A stretch of DNA of 39,507 bases from a virus (IMGVR_UViG_3300025078_000008:1-39507); one strand, 5' to 3'. Positions 9,384 to 18,576 are shown, numbered from the stretch's first letter. Translations and numbers: made by a program. Notes: generated from the letters alone by a model not told the origin.

Positions 9384-9659
9384 TTATCTTCTTTCCTTCA
9401 TTATCTCATTAAACTCTTTTCTTGATTGTAATAGCTTTGATACCATTCTTGCATTAGGCTTTTCAATTAATTCTGAAGTTTTCCCCATTCTATAACCACC
9501 GTTAACTAGACAATGGAAACAAAACAACTCTTCCTTTATTCCTTCATCGAACCACACTTCTTTTACCTCACCGTGGCCATAGTTTTGATCTGGACCTTTT
9601 AATTGAACCCAAATCATATCTCCAACTTTTAGATATAGTTCACTTGTAGAGGGTGACAT
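9384..9659 (-). CDS. hypothetical protein (KVGD-type)
   Basis: LKVGDMIWV; start uncertain. Confidence 0.55.
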   Translation of the reverse strand: MSPSTSELYLKVGDMIWVQLKGPDQNYGHGEVKEVWFDEGIKEELFCFHCLVNGGYRMGKTSELIEKPNARMVSKLLQSRKEFNEIMKERR

Positions 9660-9870
9660 AATTACCAAACCAAATATCAAAAGTTTTAATTAACTGATCA
9701 TAGTTACCCATCATCATCGTTTCCTTAACGTCATTTCTAATTTCTTTTGGTAATTTAATTTGTTTGCCAAGATTATCAACTAGTCCTAATAAGTAAAAAG
9801 CATTTCCACATTCACTACTTAAATCTATTTCAATCTTTTTGTTTTGTAATTTACTTCTACATTCTATCAT
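9640..9870 (-). CDS. conserved phage hypothetical protein
   Basis: IEIDL....GNAFYLLG ... M..G.Y..L...F motif typical of myophage small proteins. Confidence 0.7.
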   Translation of the reverse strand: MIECRSKLQNKKIEIDLSSECGNAFYLLGLVDNLGKQIKLPKEIRNDVKETMMMGNYDQLIKTFDIWFGNYVTLYK

Positions 9871-9874
9871 ATTA

Positions 9875-10201
9875 TTACACGCCTAAGCTGCTCTCGTTTG
9901 ACTTACCAAAGTATTTATGTAATTGTCTTTCACTGACAGCGAACACCGTGCTGTCTTCGATTCTAGTTAGAAAACACTTTATTATTCTTTCACATCCGTC
10001 AACTTTTTGAACTTTAGAGTCTGTGAATATGAATCTCTCCATTTTCATGATTGGACTCTTTACACCTTTAATTCTCATACCAATCTTAGCAGGCATAAAA
10101 TATCTTCCGTGATTTTCTGTTTTTACAACAGATCCTTCGCCAGTATTACCAATAAAGTAAACAGAGTCACCATTTCTTACTTCAACCCATTTGTTATACA
10201 T
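9875..10201 (-). CDS. hypothetical protein
   Basis: AGGAG RBS. Confidence 0.65.
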   Translation of the reverse strand: MYNKWVEVRNGDSVYFIGNTGEGSVVKTENHGRYFMPAKIGMRIKGVKSPIMKMERFIFTDSKVQKVDGCERIIKCFLTRIEDSTVFAVSERQLHKYFGKSNESSLGV

Positions 10202-10473
10202 AATTTCTCCTATTTAAATTGTAAGTAACTGAAGATCATAACAACTTCACACGCGATAAAAACAAAGAATACATCATATCTTTTTCTATTGTTATGATAA
10301 GAATGTAAGTAGCTAAATATTAATACGAATAATGTTATAAAAATTAAGTCAAACACTGATTATGAAAAGTCCTGATAAGATAACATTGTTTATGATAAAA
10401 AATAAAATAGCTTCGCTATCGTTCTTTACCAGACAAGAAAAAACAAACAACAAGAAAACAAGAATAATGTGCA

Positions 10474-11031
10474 TTAAAAGTTTTCTTCGTATATATTATT
10501 AACTTTTAAGAACTCATACCACTCTTCTAATTCTCTGTCTGTAGGCTTTGTTAGTGATGCTTCTTTAATAACTCTAATTTCTTTTTCAATGTTAACTTCA
10601 AGTACTTCTTCACTATCCTCTTTCTTAGCAATAAACTTTCTTGGATATTCTGTTTTCTTAGCTTTTCTACAGACAGGATCTATTTCATACTGCAACTTGT
10701 AAGGTGTGTTACCTAACAAAGAAAAGTGTTGTGCAATTTTATCTTCAATTAAGACTGTAAAGTCTGGATGATCTATTTTTGAACCTTTATATCTTACTTC
10801 AAACCTTATTAAGGGATCACTGGAAGAACCTTCAACTCTAGTAAATCTAATCCAGAAAAACCCTTCTCTGTCTGTGTGATTTGTGTATTCTGATACATTA
10901 TCTTTTGGTTGTGTATCAAGTAAATCTTGAATCTGTCTTGATCCTTCTTGATCCTTCATAACCTTGACCCAGGAGTTTCCTCTTCCTTTGTATCTTTCCT
11001 GAATTGTTTTTTTAAAAGAATTTTTCGACAT
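10474..11031 (-). CDS. hypothetical protein, five-paralog family
   Basis: YKGRGNSW, FWIRF, FEVRYKGSKIDHP, GNTPYKL. Confidence 0.75.
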   Translation of the reverse strand: MSKNSFKKTIQERYKGRGNSWVKVMKDQEGSRQIQDLLDTQPKDNVSEYTNHTDREGFFWIRFTRVEGSSSDPLIRFEVRYKGSKIDHPDFTVLIEDKIAQHFSLLGNTPYKLQYEIDPVCRKAKKTEYPRKFIAKKEDSEEVLEVNIEKEIRVIKEASLTKPTDRELEEWYEFLKVNNIYEENF

Positions 11032-11052
11032 ATTATTTTCTCCTTATGATAT

Positions 11053-11081
11053 ATTATAAATAAAAAGTTTCCAATTTACAC
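11053..11081 (-). promoter_or_regulatory. promoter GTGTAA-N17-TATAAT
   Basis: Exact match. Confidence 0.75.
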
Positions 11082-11084
11082 GTG

Positions 11085-11378
11085 TTAAGCACTTCTAGAT
11101 TTGAACCACTGTGATACTTTGTAGATTGCTTTTTCAAACAGAATTTCCAAACCTAAAACAATTTTTAAAATAAAAGAGTGATCTCCGGCAACTACTAACA
11201 TTCTTGTTGCAACACTTTTTTGAACCTTTGACATATCCCCGGTAGACATCATTACAACTTCTCCTTTATGACCAACATAGAATAATATAGAGCTATGTTT
11301 TTTAATGTTTGAAGTTATTTCTTTTGTTATGTTATCTATACTTTCAATGTCAAGCTTTTCTTCTTCTTTACTTTCCAA
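11085..11378 (-). CDS. hypothetical protein
   Basis: ORF in operon. Confidence 0.55.
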   Translation of the reverse strand: MESKEEEKLDIESIDNITKEITSNIKKHSSILFYVGHKGEVVMMSTGDMSKVQKSVATRMLVVAGDHSFILKIVLGLEILFEKAIYKVSQWFKSRSA

Positions 11379-11379
11379 T

Positions 11380-11619
11380 TTAAACCTCTTTATCTATGTC
11401 AACGTAAACAAGACGATTCCATTTAGGACCTAACTTTAAATGAACTATTCTAGCTTTACTTTTTTTTATAAACAAAGTGAATTCTCTGAAAGACATTGTT
11501 TTGTTTTTCTTGTTACTACCTCTAACTTGAAAAAGTTTAAGCATCCTTTTTTTATCGTAATTGTTTAGATTAAGATCACGAATCTTATTAACAAATTGTA
11601 TTATGTCGCTACCAGTCAT
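11380..11619 (-). CDS. hypothetical protein
   Basis: ORF in operon. Confidence 0.55.
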   Translation of the reverse strand: MTGSDIIQFVNKIRDLNLNNYDKKRMLKLFQVRGSNKKNKTMSFREFTLFIKKSKARIVHLKLGPKWNRLVYVDIDKEV

Positions 11620-11854
11620 TACAGTTCTTTCAAGTAAAGTGGATTATTATATATGTAAAGTTTTTGACAGAATTAAAGCTGTTTAAAGAAAACTACTAAT
11701 CTTTACACTTCTAATATACATTGTTTTGAATTCTAGCTCAGGTATCATTACTTCATAATAATCTTTGCCGTGAACAAGTTTTGCATGAGCAAAAACATTT
11801 TTATACATATCTTCTTTGTCATAGATATAGTCTATGATTATAGGAATCCAGCTT

Positions 11855-12109
11855 TTATCTTCCAAAACAGTCTCTTTTTAGATTGGCATTAATTCTATCA
11901 CACGAAAGCAGTCTATCAAAACATCTATCTTTTTCATATAACTTTTCTTTTAATCTGGACTTAGCTCTTACAATTTCTAACTTTAGATGCTCATTTTCTA
12001 AACATTCGTTTTGCAACTTTTTATTTTTTTCAACAATATTATTGTAGGCATAACTAGAAACACAGCTACTAGATGTAGTTAATAATAATAATAAAAGTAT
12101 GTTTTTCAA
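11855..12109 (-). CDS. putative lipoprotein
   Basis: MKNILLLLLLTTSSSC signal, coiled-coil body. Confidence 0.6.
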   Translation of the reverse strand: MKNILLLLLLTTSSSCVSSYAYNNIVEKNKKLQNECLENEHLKLEIVRAKSRLKEKLYEKDRCFDRLLSCDRINANLKRDCFGR

Positions 12110-12396
12110 TATAAATCCCCTGGATCTGGTGAAGGATTGTGTGAAGGATACAAAATAGTGATCTCTTTTCTTTGAATGTCTGTAAACAGATGTTTTAATG
12201 GAATAGCTCTAAGATAATAATCGCCTATTGTAATATCACAAAAAGTTTGCGGCTGATAACTTTCAAAAGAAATGCTGACAACTGGTGTAAAATTAAAACG
12301 ATTTGCAATATCTATTTTTTTTTGTGTGCCTTCTTCGTTAGCTAATGACTTAGCATAACTCTGACCGTCAAAATATATTTTATTTAATTTTATCAT
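12106..12396 (-). CDS. hypothetical protein
   Basis: First gene after promoter at 12419. Confidence 0.6.
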   Translation of the reverse strand: MIKLNKIYFDGQSYAKSLANEEGTQKKIDIANRFNFTPVVSISFESYQPQTFCDITIGDYYLRAIPLKHLFTDIQRKEITILYPSHNPSPDPGDLY

Positions 12397-12418
12397 TGTT
12401 TAATTTGCCTTTTTGTTT

Positions 12419-12447
12419 ATTATATAATTCAAATTGTATAATTACAC
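12419..12447 (-). promoter_or_regulatory. promoter GTGTAA-N17-TATAAT; -35 element is Val-stop of upstream ORF
   Basis: Exact match. Confidence 0.75.
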
Positions 12448-12861
12448 ATTGTAAAACTTGTTAAGCCTATTTTCTTTTGAATATTCGCTTCTACTTTTTC
12501 TCTTGCACTCCCATACATCAATTACATCTAAAACTTTGTTTTCATTTCTTTTTACAAGATAAAAATTAAATCCTGTTCTATTGATATAATGCGTTTCATA
12601 AACATCGAAAAAGTCAAGTATACTATTCGCAGTTTCATTTCCACCGCTTATATCAATTGCGCGATGCGCAAAAAAGTCTTCAAACACTAATCTGATATTG
12701 TCATACTTATTAGGATTAAGAATATCAGACATTAAATTCCTCATAATATCAATAACATTATCCCCATCACCGATATCATAAAAAGTTAAATCTTTATGAC
12801 TTAAATCTTCACCTATTCTTGGGTGAGTAATTCCTTGGAACATACTATATTTCATTTTCAT
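12442..12861 (-). CDS. hypothetical protein
   Basis: 139-aa ORF. Confidence 0.6.
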   Translation of the reverse strand: MKMKYSMFQGITHPRIGEDLSHKDLTFYDIGDGDNVIDIMRNLMSDILNPNKYDNIRLVFEDFFAHRAIDISGGNETANSILDFFDVYETHYINRTGFNFYLVKRNENKVLDVIDVWECKRKSRSEYSKENRLNKFYNV

Positions 12862-13079
12862 CTTACCTCATATAATTCTGTTGTTAACACAGTTTTAATT
12901 GACTTTTCAAATATAACATCGATAACATCATAAAGAGTGCCATCGATAGTATATTCAGCAAAGTCGTTATATCCTTCTAACTCGTGCTCATCTTGTAAAG
13001 ACAGCACTATAGATGTTGTTTGTTTGTTTCTTTCAAGTGAATAGTATTCATAATAGTAAAGATTATTCTTTTTTATCAT
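12858..13079 (-). CDS. hypothetical protein
   Basis: ATGA coupling with downstream gene. Confidence 0.55.
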   Translation of the reverse strand: MIKKNNLYYYEYYSLERNKQTTSIVLSLQDEHELEGYNDFAEYTIDGTLYDVIDVIFEKSIKTVLTTELYEVR

Positions 13080-13248
13080 GATTATCCCAATCAGCTTTAC
13101 AGTCTACGCACCAATTGTCGCAATCTATACAACCGTAGAATTCTTGAATTGATCTTTTGCACGCGTGAAAGTAAAAAGCAACAGTCTTTTTTTTACAAAA
13201 ACAACACTTTGTCTTTTTAGATTCTACTTCTTTTGTTTTTTTTGTCAT
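13063..13248 (-). CDS. small Cys-rich (zinc-binding) protein, paralog of 24250..24507
   Basis: CxxC...HxC...YGCxxCDNxCxxC; GGAGG RBS before MTKK. Confidence 0.65.
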   Translation of the reverse strand: MTKKTKEVESKKTKCCFCKKKTVAFYFHACKRSIQEFYGCIDCDNWCVDCKADWDNHDKKE

Positions 13249-13572
13249 CTTTGCCTCCATATATGTTAAATATATTATCAAAGTCTGACAATGTTGTCAA
13301 ATTAATATTTAAGATTTCTAAAATGTTTGACGTGATTATTAAACGCTTCTAGACTCTTGAATTTGTATTGTAAGCAAACAGACGTTTGAGGAAAAACTTT
13401 TGTTTGCAAAAAGTCACCTTCTGTTATTAATAAATCAACCCAGCTTTTGTCAACATAATACTCTTCACTTACTGATATGTCTCTTACATTAAAGTCATTT
13501 ACATAACCAATAAAAAGACCAATTCCACAAGTAGCATTCCAAAAGTCATTCCAGTAAAGAAGATCACCTCTA

Positions 13573-14325
13573 TTATAAATACTTTTTTCTAATTTCATTA
13601 GAAGCCCAATCAGTAGTTCCAATATTTTCTAGGTAAAATCCGTACTCCACAGACACTTTTTTCATTATATTAGTTTCAAATCTTCCAACTAATATTGAAA
13701 GCTCGTCATCAGAAAGATCAATTTTCTCATGAACTCTTCTGATATAACACTCAGATAGCTGGTTTAAGTTGCCCAAAGGAGAAAATTCTTCTCCCCAATT
13801 GTTTGCTGATATTTTGTACAAATAATCTCTAATAGAATTAGAAGTTTCTGTACTATTGTTAAGCTCTTTAAACTTGTGTCTATATAGATACTTTATTATT
13901 CTCTGTCCAAGTAAAGGTGAAATACACTTGTCTATGTTTAATAACTTCTGTTTATTTAAACGATCAGCACGATAATCCTTTAAAATCTTAAACTGATTAT
14001 TTTCTTTGAATATTAAATACTTACAATTTGTAAAATCAAAGTTGTCTAGACATTCTTTGAAATTTTTGTATACAAACTGTAAAACCATCTGTACTTTTAC
14101 AATACTATTTTTTTCTTTTGTTAAGTTAACTGCAAAAGGAGAAAGCCATGTGTAATTAAATACTTCGTTTTCATCGACAAATTGTCGAGCGTGATTTATA
14201 TCTGACATAAAAATATCGATATCACCGTATTTGTTATGAAAATAGTCTTCAATTACTATTCTTGGATCTAGATTATTATGCTCTATCTCGCCAATGATTC
14301 TAGCAAATCCTCCTGCAATCCACAT
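13573..14325 (-). CDS. Pol beta-superfamily nucleotidyltransferase (CCA/poly(A) polymerase head-like)
   Basis: WIAGGFAR, GDIDIF, FDFTNC motifs; true start probably further upstream. Confidence 0.7.
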   Translation of the reverse strand: MWIAGGFARIIGEIEHNNLDPRIVIEDYFHNKYGDIDIFMSDINHARQFVDENEVFNYTWLSPFAVNLTKEKNSIVKVQMVLQFVYKNFKECLDNFDFTNCKYLIFKENNQFKILKDYRADRLNKQKLLNIDKCISPLLGQRIIKYLYRHKFKELNNSTETSNSIRDYLYKISANNWGEEFSPLGNLNQLSECYIRRVHEKIDLSDDELSILVGRFETNIMKKVSVEYGFYLENIGTTDWASNEIRKKYL

Positions 14326-14464
14326 CTTATAGCCAAAAATATCTTGAATACCGTTAGCTGATAATGTATGTGATAGAGCATCTGAGATGTTTCGTGGTAA
14401 GACTTTTACTGTATAATTATTGATAACATATTCCTTTCAATAAAGTAAAACGTTGTGCTAACTG

Positions 14465-14734
14465 CTAACTTCTTAATAAAAAAGAATCACTTCCGCTGTT
14501 TGCTCTTTCGTAAACTTCTTTTTCAACTAAAACCCAATACTTTTCGCAGTCTATATTCTTGAACATTTTATCTCTATTCCTATAATGGTCGATACCATTT
14601 AAGAACTTTACACATCCTAATGCTTTGACTTGATTACCTACTGCACCGATACAAACAGCGTATACATAGTCTTCAAAGTTAAGACAGCCTTTAAGATAAT
14701 TATTTTCTCTTAATAAATCTTTATAAGAATTCAT
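14465..14734 (-). CDS. hypothetical protein
   Basis: First gene after promoter at 14772. Confidence 0.6.
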   Translation of the reverse strand: MNSYKDLLRENNYLKGCLNFEDYVYAVCIGAVGNQVKALGCVKFLNGIDHYRNRDKMFKNIDCEKYWVLVEKEVYERANSGSDSFLLRS

Positions 14735-14771
14735 ATTAGTCTCACAATTTAAAGTGGTTGGTCTATAATAT

Positions 14772-14800
14772 ATTATAATTGGATTAATTCTTTTTTACAC
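14772..14800 (-). promoter_or_regulatory. promoter GTGTAA-N17-TATAAT
   Basis: Exact match just 3' of tRNA-Tyr. Confidence 0.75.
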
Positions 14801-14804
14801 ATAA

Positions 14805-14887
14805 TGGTAGAGGCAGGATTTGAACCTGCGTACTCTTAAGAGAACGGGTTTACAGCCCGTCGCCTTTAACCACTCGGCCACTCTACC
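14805..14887 (-). tRNA. tRNA-Tyr(GTA)
   Basis: GGTAGAG/CTCTACC acceptor, ACGGG-CTGTAAA-CCCGT anticodon arm, long V-arm, GGTTCAAATCC T-loop. Confidence 0.93.
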
Positions 14888-14924
14888 AAGATATTATCTT
14901 CCTAGAAATGCTAGGAAAACAATA

Positions 14925-15128
14925 TTACTTCTTTGAAACGAAAGAATATAAAGTTTCTGCTGTCTTTAAGACTTCTTCAACTGTATACGGAGAAATTGAA
15001 TCTCTATCACCCTCAGGCTTTAAATACTCGTTTTCTCTTAGCACGCTGTTTTTTTCTTGAAGAATTCCAACTGCAAGTCCTAGCAAACTCTCTCTAATCT
15101 CGTAGCCGTTTTTGTTCGTATCTCCCAT
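14925..15128 (-). CDS. conserved phage hypothetical protein
   Basis: NKNGYEIR..LL..A ... EVL..A..LY.FV pattern; AAGGAG RBS. Confidence 0.7.
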   Translation of the reverse strand: MGDTNKNGYEIRESLLGLAVGILQEKNSVLRENEYLKPEGDRDSISPYTVEEVLKTAETLYSFVSKK

Positions 15129-15176
15129 AATAAACTCCTTTCTATGTCTGTGTCTGTAATTGTTAAATTACGGGAA

Positions 15177-15261
15177 AGCTGGCGAGGGGACTCGAACCCC
15201 TGATTGAGAATTAACTCTCCGGATTATAAATCCGGTGCAATAGCCACTATTCGACACCAGC
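15177..15261 (-). tRNA. atypical tRNA, anticodon TAT (Ile by anticodon), Thr-like acceptor and long variable arm
   Basis: GCTGGTG/CGCCAGC+T acceptor; CCGGA-TTTATAA-TCCGG; V-arm GAG-TTAATT-CTC; AGGGG-TTCGAGT-CCCCT. Confidence 0.8.
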
Positions 15262-15283
15262 TTAGTGTGTATCTATATTATAT

Positions 15284-15496
15284 CTAAACTTCTCCACACA
15301 GTTTAATTTTATTTTTAAATTCTTGCCAAACTTCTTTTGAAATACAAATCTCAACTTCACTTACACACCCTTCAATTGTTGATAACTTAACCTCTGTAGG
15401 CTGAAAGAATTTTATAAAGATACCTTTGTCTTCTTCAAATACTTCATTGAATATGTAAAAGTTTTCGCCTGTAATAATTTGATTTTTTGTACTCAT
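15284..15496 (-). CDS. hypothetical protein
   Basis: AGGAG RBS, after promoter. Confidence 0.6.
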   Translation of the reverse strand: MSTKNQIITGENFYIFNEVFEEDKGIFIKFFQPTEVKLSTIEGCVSEVEICISKEVWQEFKNKIKLCGEV

Positions 15497-15524
15497 ATTA
15501 TTAATCTCCTGTTGTTTTTTTATT

Positions 15525-15553
15525 ATAATATAATATAAAAATATAATTTACAC
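15525..15553 (-). promoter_or_regulatory. promoter GTGTAA-N17-TATTAT
   Basis: -35 exact, -10 variant. Confidence 0.6.
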
Positions 15554-15565
15554 ATAAGGCACTAA

Positions 15566-16102
15566 ATGAGGATTAAACCTAACAGAATACCTTGGGAAAA
15601 TGCATACAGTTTATATCAGCTAGAGTCGAAAGATATTATTTTTGTTCTCGAACAAAATGGCATTCAAGTTAAAAACATTTCACCTGCTGGATCTTTAAGA
15701 AGAGGAAGAAAAACAATAGGTGATCTAGATATTGTTATTGAAGTAGACAACCCACTTCTTGCCGGCAAAACGCTAGAAGACACAATGAATTACCAGTTTT
15801 TTGCTAAAGGATCTTTTTATAAAGGACAAATACTTGATACTGGAATTGATTTGTTTGTTGCTGGGCATCACAATTATTATTCTATGCTTTTCTTCTTGAC
15901 AGGTTGTGAAGATTGGAACTTAAGAATTATGAAATTCTTAAGAAATAATTCTGATATACGATATACGCCTTTTAGGTTTATTAATATAAATACTAAAGAA
16001 GTCTATGACTTTAAGTCAGAGGAAGATATATTTAAGCTTATAAATCATAGTTATATATTACCAAAAGATAGAATACCACAAAGTATAAAGTTCGGAGAAT
16101 AA
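15566..16102 (+). CDS. minimal DNA polymerase X-family protein (palm + thumb only)
   Basis: AGSLRRG..TIGDLDIV, IDLF, FLTG...WN, SEEDIF......I.P..R. Confidence 0.85.
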   Translation: MRIKPNRIPWENAYSLYQLESKDIIFVLEQNGIQVKNISPAGSLRRGRKTIGDLDIVIEVDNPLLAGKTLEDTMNYQFFAKGSFYKGQILDTGIDLFVAGHHNYYSMLFFLTGCEDWNLRIMKFLRNNSDIRYTPFRFININTKEVYDFKSEEDIFKLINHSYILPKDRIPQSIKFGE

Positions 16103-18286
16103 ATGAGAAAACTACTGAAAGAACATTTCAAAGAATTGCTCAAAGAAGAAATTGATTTTAGTTCAAAAACAGCAACTGTATACCATTTAACAGGTTTTAA
16201 AACTGCTGACTATGATCCTGTATATGCAGAAAAAATGAAGAAAACAAATAAAGATTTAAGAGGCCAAATTAAATCAAAATATGCAGGCAAGGAAAAAACA
16301 AGAGCACAAAGTATTTTATCTAAAGCAGAATATAAAACTGCTGCAAAAGAACTTAAGCAATTTAAAACTCCGCAAGGTCAAGCATATTATATAGGAAAAC
16401 AAATTGAAAAAGGTGCTTGGGACTTAGGCAGTAATTACGTACCTGGTCACGGTAAGATGTATGCTAAAGGTCTTTACACATGTTATAAATTAAACCCGAC
16501 AATTGCAAGAACATACGGTAGCGTTATTTTAAGATTTGAAGCCGATATATCCTCAATGCTAATTTTTAACGCAGGAATAGCAAAGAGTATATACGGAAAA
16601 AACTTCAGATTAGAAGATCAGTTTCTAGAAATATGCAAAAAAATGAACGTTGATATTCGTGGCTTCTGGAATCAGGAAGCTTCTTTCGACTTTTCAGCTG
16701 ATGCTCAAGACGCTATAAGTGAATTTATTGAGATGTTAACATCAATATCAAATAGACCAGAGTTTTTAAATAGTAGTTATGACGCAGAACTTAGAACTGC
16801 TCCATTTGCGTTGCAAGCCATAGAACAATATAGCAGACTATTTAAAAGAGGAAGAGGTTCTATACTAAGAAATGTTATAGACGGAGTAATTTTTTGGGGA
16901 AGGGGAGATGGTCCTGTTTGTATTGTTTATAATCCGGAAATAACTTTACGTCACAAACTTACAGGTGCCGGATATTTTGACAAAAAAGGGGAACCTATAA
17001 TTGAGGATGTAATTGAAAGATTAATAGGTAGATCAGGAACAAGTCTTGCAGATACTTTTGAATTTGCTCAAGAAATAGATGAAGAAGCACAAGAAATTGA
17101 GAAAGCTCGAGCAGAAAACTTCAAGCAACAACTTGCAAATTTTTCGCAAGAAGAAGATTCAACAGACGATTTTTTAAATAACTTACCTTCCAAGTTAAAT
17201 ACAATATTATCGCCTATAACAAATCTTTATAAAGATGCATGTGATGATCTTATTATGTCAAGAGTAAAAGACACACAACCTGATTTTGATAATTACTGTC
17301 AGAATGTAGCTGAAGGTTATAGATATGTACAATTTATCTGTTCAATTTTATCTGAACCATTCCTACAATTTGTTGATATTTTTGGACCAGGACTTGATAT
17401 AGTTAGCAAAGATGAGTTTGAAAAATACTGCTATATATTTAAACAGTATTCTTCAAATCTCCTTTTTAATGATTATTCATTAGCTCCAAAGTTAGCAGAC
17501 TTTGAGCTTAATGGTTTAAAATGTGCAGCACAAAACGAAGAAGAATTTGCTAAACTCGTAGAACAACATCTTAAACCTTTGACAGATAGATTTAATGAAA
17601 TGCTTAAAGAAGGTCTTGCAAGTGAATTTGTAAATGAAATTTCTCAAGAAGCAATTGGGTCTGGTGAAATCGGTGTATTCAATAACTCCATTACTAAATT
17701 TGAAATAGGCGAAGTTAGTTTAAATACTACAAATGATGCTCAAACTCTCGAATCTTCTCTTGAAGGCAGTGGAACAATAATGCAAAAAGCAGAGCAAGAA
17801 TTGCTCGACCTATTTAATGATGAAAGAGTTAAGACTCCTGAAGGGCAATCAGCTTTAGAAAGCATGCTTCAGTATAACAAAACTATAAATACCGATGGTA
17901 CACTTGATTTTGGTGAGATTGTTAAAAGCTTTGGTTACTACTCTGACTATTGTCACGCAGGAGGTGATATATTTTATACTCTTTGTGAACAAATTAGGTC
18001 ATTAGACTATGCCGGTTTAGGTTCTTATAAGATAGATAGAGATAAATTTAATCCTGAGTTTATATTGCAGAGGATGTATGGTCAAAAAGAAGAGTGGAAA
18101 GTAAGAGACGCAGCTGGTTTATCCTTGTCAATGTTTAAAGATGGTAGAAAAGCGTATAACGATACTACTTTAGTTACAACTGAACTTGTCAAACAAAGAG
18201 TTATACAAGACAAATCAGGCAATCTTGAATGGGTTGTTGAAACAGTATTTGATTTGCCTAGACATAGAGAAAAATTAATTATTTAA
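16103..18286 (+). CDS. large protein with N-terminal ADP-ribosyltransferase-like (PARP/diphtheria-toxin fold) domain
   Basis: VYHLT, GKMYAKGLYT, ARTYG.VI, DGVIF....CIVYNP; LLKE leader. Confidence 0.65.
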   Translation: MRKLLKEHFKELLKEEIDFSSKTATVYHLTGFKTADYDPVYAEKMKKTNKDLRGQIKSKYAGKEKTRAQSILSKAEYKTAAKELKQFKTPQGQAYYIGKQIEKGAWDLGSNYVPGHGKMYAKGLYTCYKLNPTIARTYGSVILRFEADISSMLIFNAGIAKSIYGKNFRLEDQFLEICKKMNVDIRGFWNQEASFDFSADAQDAISEFIEMLTSISNRPEFLNSSYDAELRTAPFALQAIEQYSRLFKRGRGSILRNVIDGVIFWGRGDGPVCIVYNPEITLRHKLTGAGYFDKKGEPIIEDVIERLIGRSGTSLADTFEFAQEIDEEAQEIEKARAENFKQQLANFSQEEDSTDDFLNNLPSKLNTILSPITNLYKDACDDLIMSRVKDTQPDFDNYCQNVAEGYRYVQFICSILSEPFLQFVDIFGPGLDIVSKDEFEKYCYIFKQYSSNLLFNDYSLAPKLADFELNGLKCAAQNEEEFAKLVEQHLKPLTDRFNEMLKEGLASEFVNEISQEAIGSGEIGVFNNSITKFEIGEVSLNTTNDAQTLESSLEGSGTIMQKAEQELLDLFNDERVKTPEGQSALESMLQYNKTINTDGTLDFGEIVKSFGYYSDYCHAGGDIFYTLCEQIRSLDYAGLGSYKIDRDKFNPEFILQRMYGQKEEWKVRDAAGLSLSMFKDGRKAYNDTTLVTTELVKQRVIQDKSGNLEWVVETVFDLPRHREKLII

Positions 18287-18478
18287 TAGTTCTAACGTTA
18301 TATTTCTATTAAGCAGTGTTGTATCGTATATCTTAATCTTATTTTTGTACAACAAATTAAATAAGAAGTCATCGTCTAATTTTTCCCTAGACAAAACAAG
18401 ACAAGTATCTTCTTCTTTATCTATTTTTATTTTTCTTTTTATAAGAATTAAGTCACCAACTTTTATATGATCGTACAT
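18275..18478 (-). CDS. small KVGDL-type protein
   Basis: IKVGDLILI. Confidence 0.55.
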   Translation of the reverse strand: MYDHIKVGDLILIKRKIKIDKEEDTCLVLSREKLDDDFLFNLLYKNKIKIYDTTLLNRNITLELLNN

Positions 18479-18507
18479 TTAGCAACCTTTAGAAAAATAG
18501 TTTATAG

Positions 18508-18536
18508 TACACCCGGTAGGATTTGAACCTACGACC
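18508..18536 (-). pseudogene. tRNA 3' fragment (V-loop, T-arm, acceptor 3' strand)
   Basis: GGTC-GTAGG-TTCAAAT-CCTAC-CGGGTGT-A. Confidence 0.75.
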
Positions 18537-18538
18537 AG

Positions 18539-18576
18539 TACGCCTATCTGGACTCGAACCAGAACTCTTGGGCTTA
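18539..18576 (-). pseudogene. tRNA 3' half starting in the anticodon loop
   Basis: TAA-GCCCA-AGAGT-TCTGG-TTCGAGT-CCAGA-TAGGCGT-A. Confidence 0.75.

Noticed and set aside
9875-9880. Additional GTGTAA Val-stop as a promoter
   Set aside because: No -10 hexamer at 17-18 nt spacing; not counted, though it may be a decayed cassette junction.
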